Source: Nitrosopumilus sp. (GTDB lineage Archaea; Thermoproteota; Nitrososphaeria; Nitrososphaerales; Nitrosopumilaceae). Taken from it: a DNA stretch of 64,000 bases. The notes under the pieces were generated by a model. It was not told where the DNA came from. It searched no databases and saw only the letters and a list, made by a program, of their open reading frames with translations. This document shows, in pieces, positions 60,817 through 64,000 of this stretch. How positions within the stretch are numbered: the first letter of the stretch is position 1; every line of letters begins with the position of its first letter. Made by a program: the position numbers and the translations under genes. The DNA is taken from the NCBI GenBank assembly GCA_965203315.1, contig OZ241857.1, positions 1,216,001 to 1,280,000 of the forward strand. The letters run 5' to 3'.

Positions 60817-62354
60817 TGGTATGGCCTCAAGTTCAGCTCAGACATTATTTTGTCAACAGGTTCATAATAAGCAAATATCTTGCCACTATATGATTTAACA
60901 AAAAAGATTAAAACCCCAAACACTTCAGCATTAGATGTACTTCGAGAACTTGTGGATGGTTTGAATACGGGTCCTCCACTATCACCTCCTAATAAAACTG
61001 ATTGTAAAGACATTGAGACCCTATTAGTATCTGGCCATATTATTGTTATTGAACTTGTATGTACGCCACTGTTAGAACCAACTACTTTTAGCATGGTTCC
61101 AAGTACATGATCAGATGCTATGGCTAGTTCATTGATATCATATGTTCTATTTGGTGACTTGTATATATCGTCATTTATTGATACCCCTCTTGCTAGTTTG
61201 ACAAAAGCAAAGTCACATTGATTACCGTCTCGGGTTAGTTCGCCTTTATCTACACCATCAAATGTAGCACATACATCATCGCCGTTGCGTGGAATCGTGC
61301 CTATAACAGATGTGCCAGTATGTGGTTGATGCATTACAGTATTGGTTGATGATTTATATTGCACTACGTGACCGGCAGTCACGAATCCAGCATTACCATT
61401 ACTATCTTTGGCTCTAAAACCTATAGTACCAGAATGATCGTTTAGCGCATCTTTTCTACCAATTGAGATTCCACCAATTAGTGGATCACAATCTGAGGTG
61501 ATACTATTACAGCCCAATATGGTAATCTCTGCAAAGTCTATGGTAACATTATCAATTCCAAAAGTATTCAATATGTCTTGTGTAATAACTATAGAAGAGA
61601 TATCCTTTTTTGTGAGTGTTTTTTGTTTATCAATTAAAAGATAGACTTTCTTTTGCTCATGATCTACATATACAAACTCGTCACTAACAAAAATCTCATG
61701 GTTAGGATTACTGTACTTGGTGCGTAGTTTCGACTCTAAATCATACAACCTCTTCTTGTCTGCAGGATCTAGTACTAAAGATGCGATACTATCTTGCTCA
61801 ATCTCGTTCATCTGCTCGTATAAACTATCTATGAGTACCTGTCTAGACTCTGTATAGTTGCTGTATTGCAGTTCCTCAAGTGCCACAACCTGTGTGTCTA
61901 GACTAGTCCATTCTGCAAGATAGTCTCTTTCAGGTTCTATATACAAGAGTGCATTGAGTTCGTTGACAGTTTGAATATAATCTAGTTTTAGTTCTAAAAT
62001 CTTTTTACTAGAGTTTGTAGTATTGAACTCTTCATTTATTGTCTGATGTATCTCTTGTAGATCTTGATGTTTTGCCTCTATCTCTGCTGCTTTGGTATCT
62101 GTATATTCATCTGCAATTCCAACAGGTCCTACTTGATCTGCGGTATCTCTGTCTAGGCTACTATCAACTGTATATGTACTAGTGGTTTCTTTTAGTGTGT
62201 CATCAAACTGTAACTTGCGCTCTTCATGTCTATCTAGTAATTTATCATCTAGATCATCTTGACTAATTTTGGCATCGACACCACTTGCAATCAAGGGAGG
62301 TATGATCGTCACCATAACTATCAACAAGGCAGGGACTATTAATCTTCTAGTCAT
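60813..62354 (-). CDS. Secreted S1 (chymotrypsin/alpha-lytic-like) serine protease with long pro-region
   Basis: Signal peptide. FVTAGHV, CDFAFV and GGDSGGPV triad intact. Confidence 0.9.
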   Translation of the reverse strand: MTRRLIVPALLIVMVTIIPPLIASGVDAKISQDDLDDKLLDRHEERKLQFDDTLKETTSTYTVDSSLDRDTADQVGPVGIADEYTDTKAAEIEAKHQDLQEIHQTINEEFNTTNSSKKILELKLDYIQTVNELNALLYIEPERDYLAEWTSLDTQVVALEELQYSNYTESRQVLIDSLYEQMNEIEQDSIASLVLDPADKKRLYDLESKLRTKYSNPNHEIFVSDEFVYVDHEQKKVYLLIDKQKTLTKKDISSIVITQDILNTFGIDNVTIDFAEITILGCNSITSDCDPLIGGISIGRKDALNDHSGTIGFRAKDSNGNAGFVTAGHVVQYKSSTNTVMHQPHTGTSVIGTIPRNGDDVCATFDGVDKGELTRDGNQCDFAFVKLARGVSINDDIYKSPNRTYDINELAIASDHVLGTMLKVVGSNSGVHTSSITIIWPDTNRVSMSLQSVLLGGDSGGPVFKPSTSSRSTSNAEVFGVLIFFVKSYSGKIFAYYEPVDKIMSELNLRPYH

Positions 62355-62363
62355 TACTTTATC

Positions 62364-64000
62364 GTAAGCGGTTAGGCTGACAACGATTCTTGCTGTGTGT
62401 TGAGCATTTAGGATATTGATGGATTATTTACATGACATACGAACTTACTATCTAGTACGTCTCTTCAGCAGCCTTTGCCGTGAGAATTCTCAACAATTCG
62501 TCTCTAATGCTCAGCCCACGTTTACGACATGTAAAGAAGAACGTAAACAAGATAGACCACGCATCCATGCCGCGCTGCGATGTAAAGTGCAGCGAAATGT
62601 TGCGATGTATTGCAATTGGCCGCATGTACAGTTCTGTCTCGTTGTTCGTGGGATCCATTCCAGGATGGTTCACGAATGTAAAGAGATTGGGAGCAGCATT
62701 ACGCAGCGTCGTCGCAAATTTCTTGTTGCCGAGCTTTTCGTGCTGATCTACAACATCTAATACCTGTGCTATTAAATCAGACACATCTCCCGGTGGTCGT
62801 CCCTTGGCTATGTGAAATATCTTTTGTAGTCTTTCGTGCAATATTGTAGTTTCATGGCAATATAGGGCAGTCTTCATTGCATGTTTTGAATCGATCAATA
62901 TGTGTGACCAACATCTCTGCGTGTCATCATCCGTCTCGTAACCGCAATATCCATCAACAGTCTTGCATTTGTTTTTAAACGGTTTGAAATATTCATCTAA
63001 AACCCTCGATCCTCGTGTATCTGTTACACGAACGAGAACTGCATCATCTGTGACACATGTCCACACATATCCACGTTTGCCTGGTACTTTATGTGGCGTT
63101 TCGTCAAATTTGACATTTTCAGAACTTTCAGCTGCTTTCCAGATGCCTGAAACATCGTCTTCTATTGCGTTAACGAGTGCAAATGTAGCGTTGTTTATGG
63201 TTGCTTTAGATGGACGGTAATCAAAAAACTCTAATTGTTTTTGAATCATTCCTTGTGACATGTTGTTGAATAGTGAAATTCCATGATGGACTAGCATGTT
63301 TATGCTCATCTCTGTACCCTTGATCTTGGGAATCTTTTTACTAGTATCCCACTCGTATCCGCAACCATTACACGTATGTTTATATCCAACATGCGTATTT
63401 ATCTCGGTTTTTGGCAGAGGTACATCACGAATCCTACACTGATATGATTTGTTGTACGTGATATCTATGCCATGGCAGCCTGGACACGCTGAATCTATGT
63501 ACGGGACAGTACCTGCTGATTTGTCCGTCTGCGATACTCCTACGTGATTCTCTTTTTGGCCTACTTTATTGTAATCCTTTGGATCTATATACGCTGCTAT
63601 TCTTTCTTGCATTGTAGGTATGCTGTTCTTGGATGATGGATTAAACGGACTCTCATAGTATGGCATCTTTTGTTGTAACTCTTGATTCTCTTTTGCGTGT
63701 GTACATGTCTCTGGTTCACATTGATCTGAATGACCACCTAGTTGTTGTTCAAGTTTACGTTCCAGTTCTGCAGTTCGCAGTTCTCCTCGTAATATGACGC
63801 CTCCCTGCCATTCAATCATATCTAGTGCAATGCGAATTATCTCGTCTTTGTCATCGAGTTGTGTATGCAACATTGCGATCTCCTCTCGAAGTATCTTCAT
63901 CTCTGATTGAGGCATGACATTCATAGTTATGTACTAGTATTTACACAGATCAAAAAATAAAGTTGACACAATGGTAAGCCAAACTAAACACTAATTTTTT
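62364..64000 (-). mobile_element. IS66-family element (left end outside the window or not seen)
   Basis: Canonical GTAAGCG terminus at 62364. Confidence 0.75.
62452..63924 (-). CDS. IS66-family transposase (TnpC)
   Basis: CPGC...CNGC, FDETP, VDGYCGY, QRCWSH, PTNNETE. Confidence 0.92.
   Translation of the reverse strand: MNVMPQSEMKILREEIAMLHTQLDDKDEIIRIALDMIEWQGGVILRGELRTAELERKLEQQLGGHSDQCEPETCTHAKENQELQQKMPYYESPFNPSSKNSIPTMQERIAAYIDPKDYNKVGQKENHVGVSQTDKSAGTVPYIDSACPGCHGIDITYNKSYQCRIRDVPLPKTEINTHVGYKHTCNGCGYEWDTSKKIPKIKGTEMSINMLVHHGISLFNNMSQGMIQKQLEFFDYRPSKATINNATFALVNAIEDDVSGIWKAAESSENVKFDETPHKVPGKRGYVWTCVTDDAVLVRVTDTRGSRVLDEYFKPFKNKCKTVDGYCGYETDDDTQRCWSHILIDSKHAMKTALYCHETTILHERLQKIFHIAKGRPPGDVSDLIAQVLDVVDQHEKLGNKKFATTLRNAAPNLFTFVNHPGMDPTNNETELYMRPIAIHRNISLHFTSQRGMDAWSILFTFFFTCRKRGLSIRDELLRILTAKAAEETY

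Noticed and set aside
1499-63220. Numerous short antisense or overlapping ORFs in the ORF track (e.g. 2019-2417, 9897-10304, 52144-52566, 32414-32608)
   Set aside because: Shadows of real genes on the opposite strand, or ORFs running through MITEs.

Overview
Chromosomal window from an ammonia-oxidising archaeon (Nitrososphaerota/Thaumarchaeota, Nitrosopumilaceae-like). This is judged from the conserved core genes (pyrH, tmk, pyrE, thrB, queC/folE/queE, ESCRT-III cdvB paralog, cysQ/cysC, two TFBs, hsp20-cdc48, cbiE) and a CFI-box-CTERM cyclophilin. The core is interrupted by a very heavy mobile load: intact IS110, IS630 and two IS66 transposases, decayed IS1595/IS6/IS481 copies, and at least four MITE families that are repeatedly nested in one another. 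Accessory genes include a giant modular secreted S8 protease, a second secreted protein built from the same unnamed modules, a secreted S1 protease, a HEPN-motif protein, and three inactivated toxin genes. The IS load and secreted proteases suggest a host-associated lifestyle, e.g. a sponge symbiont (inference). Most notable observations: a G12 tract between the TATA box and start codon of the modular surface protein (candidate phase-variation switch), a perfect 16x13-bp tandem array in front of an IS630-split glycosyltransferase, a K-turn-containing ncRNA candidate, and a candidate 3' bridge RNA in the IS110 element. All calls come from motif recognition by eye; no searches were run.
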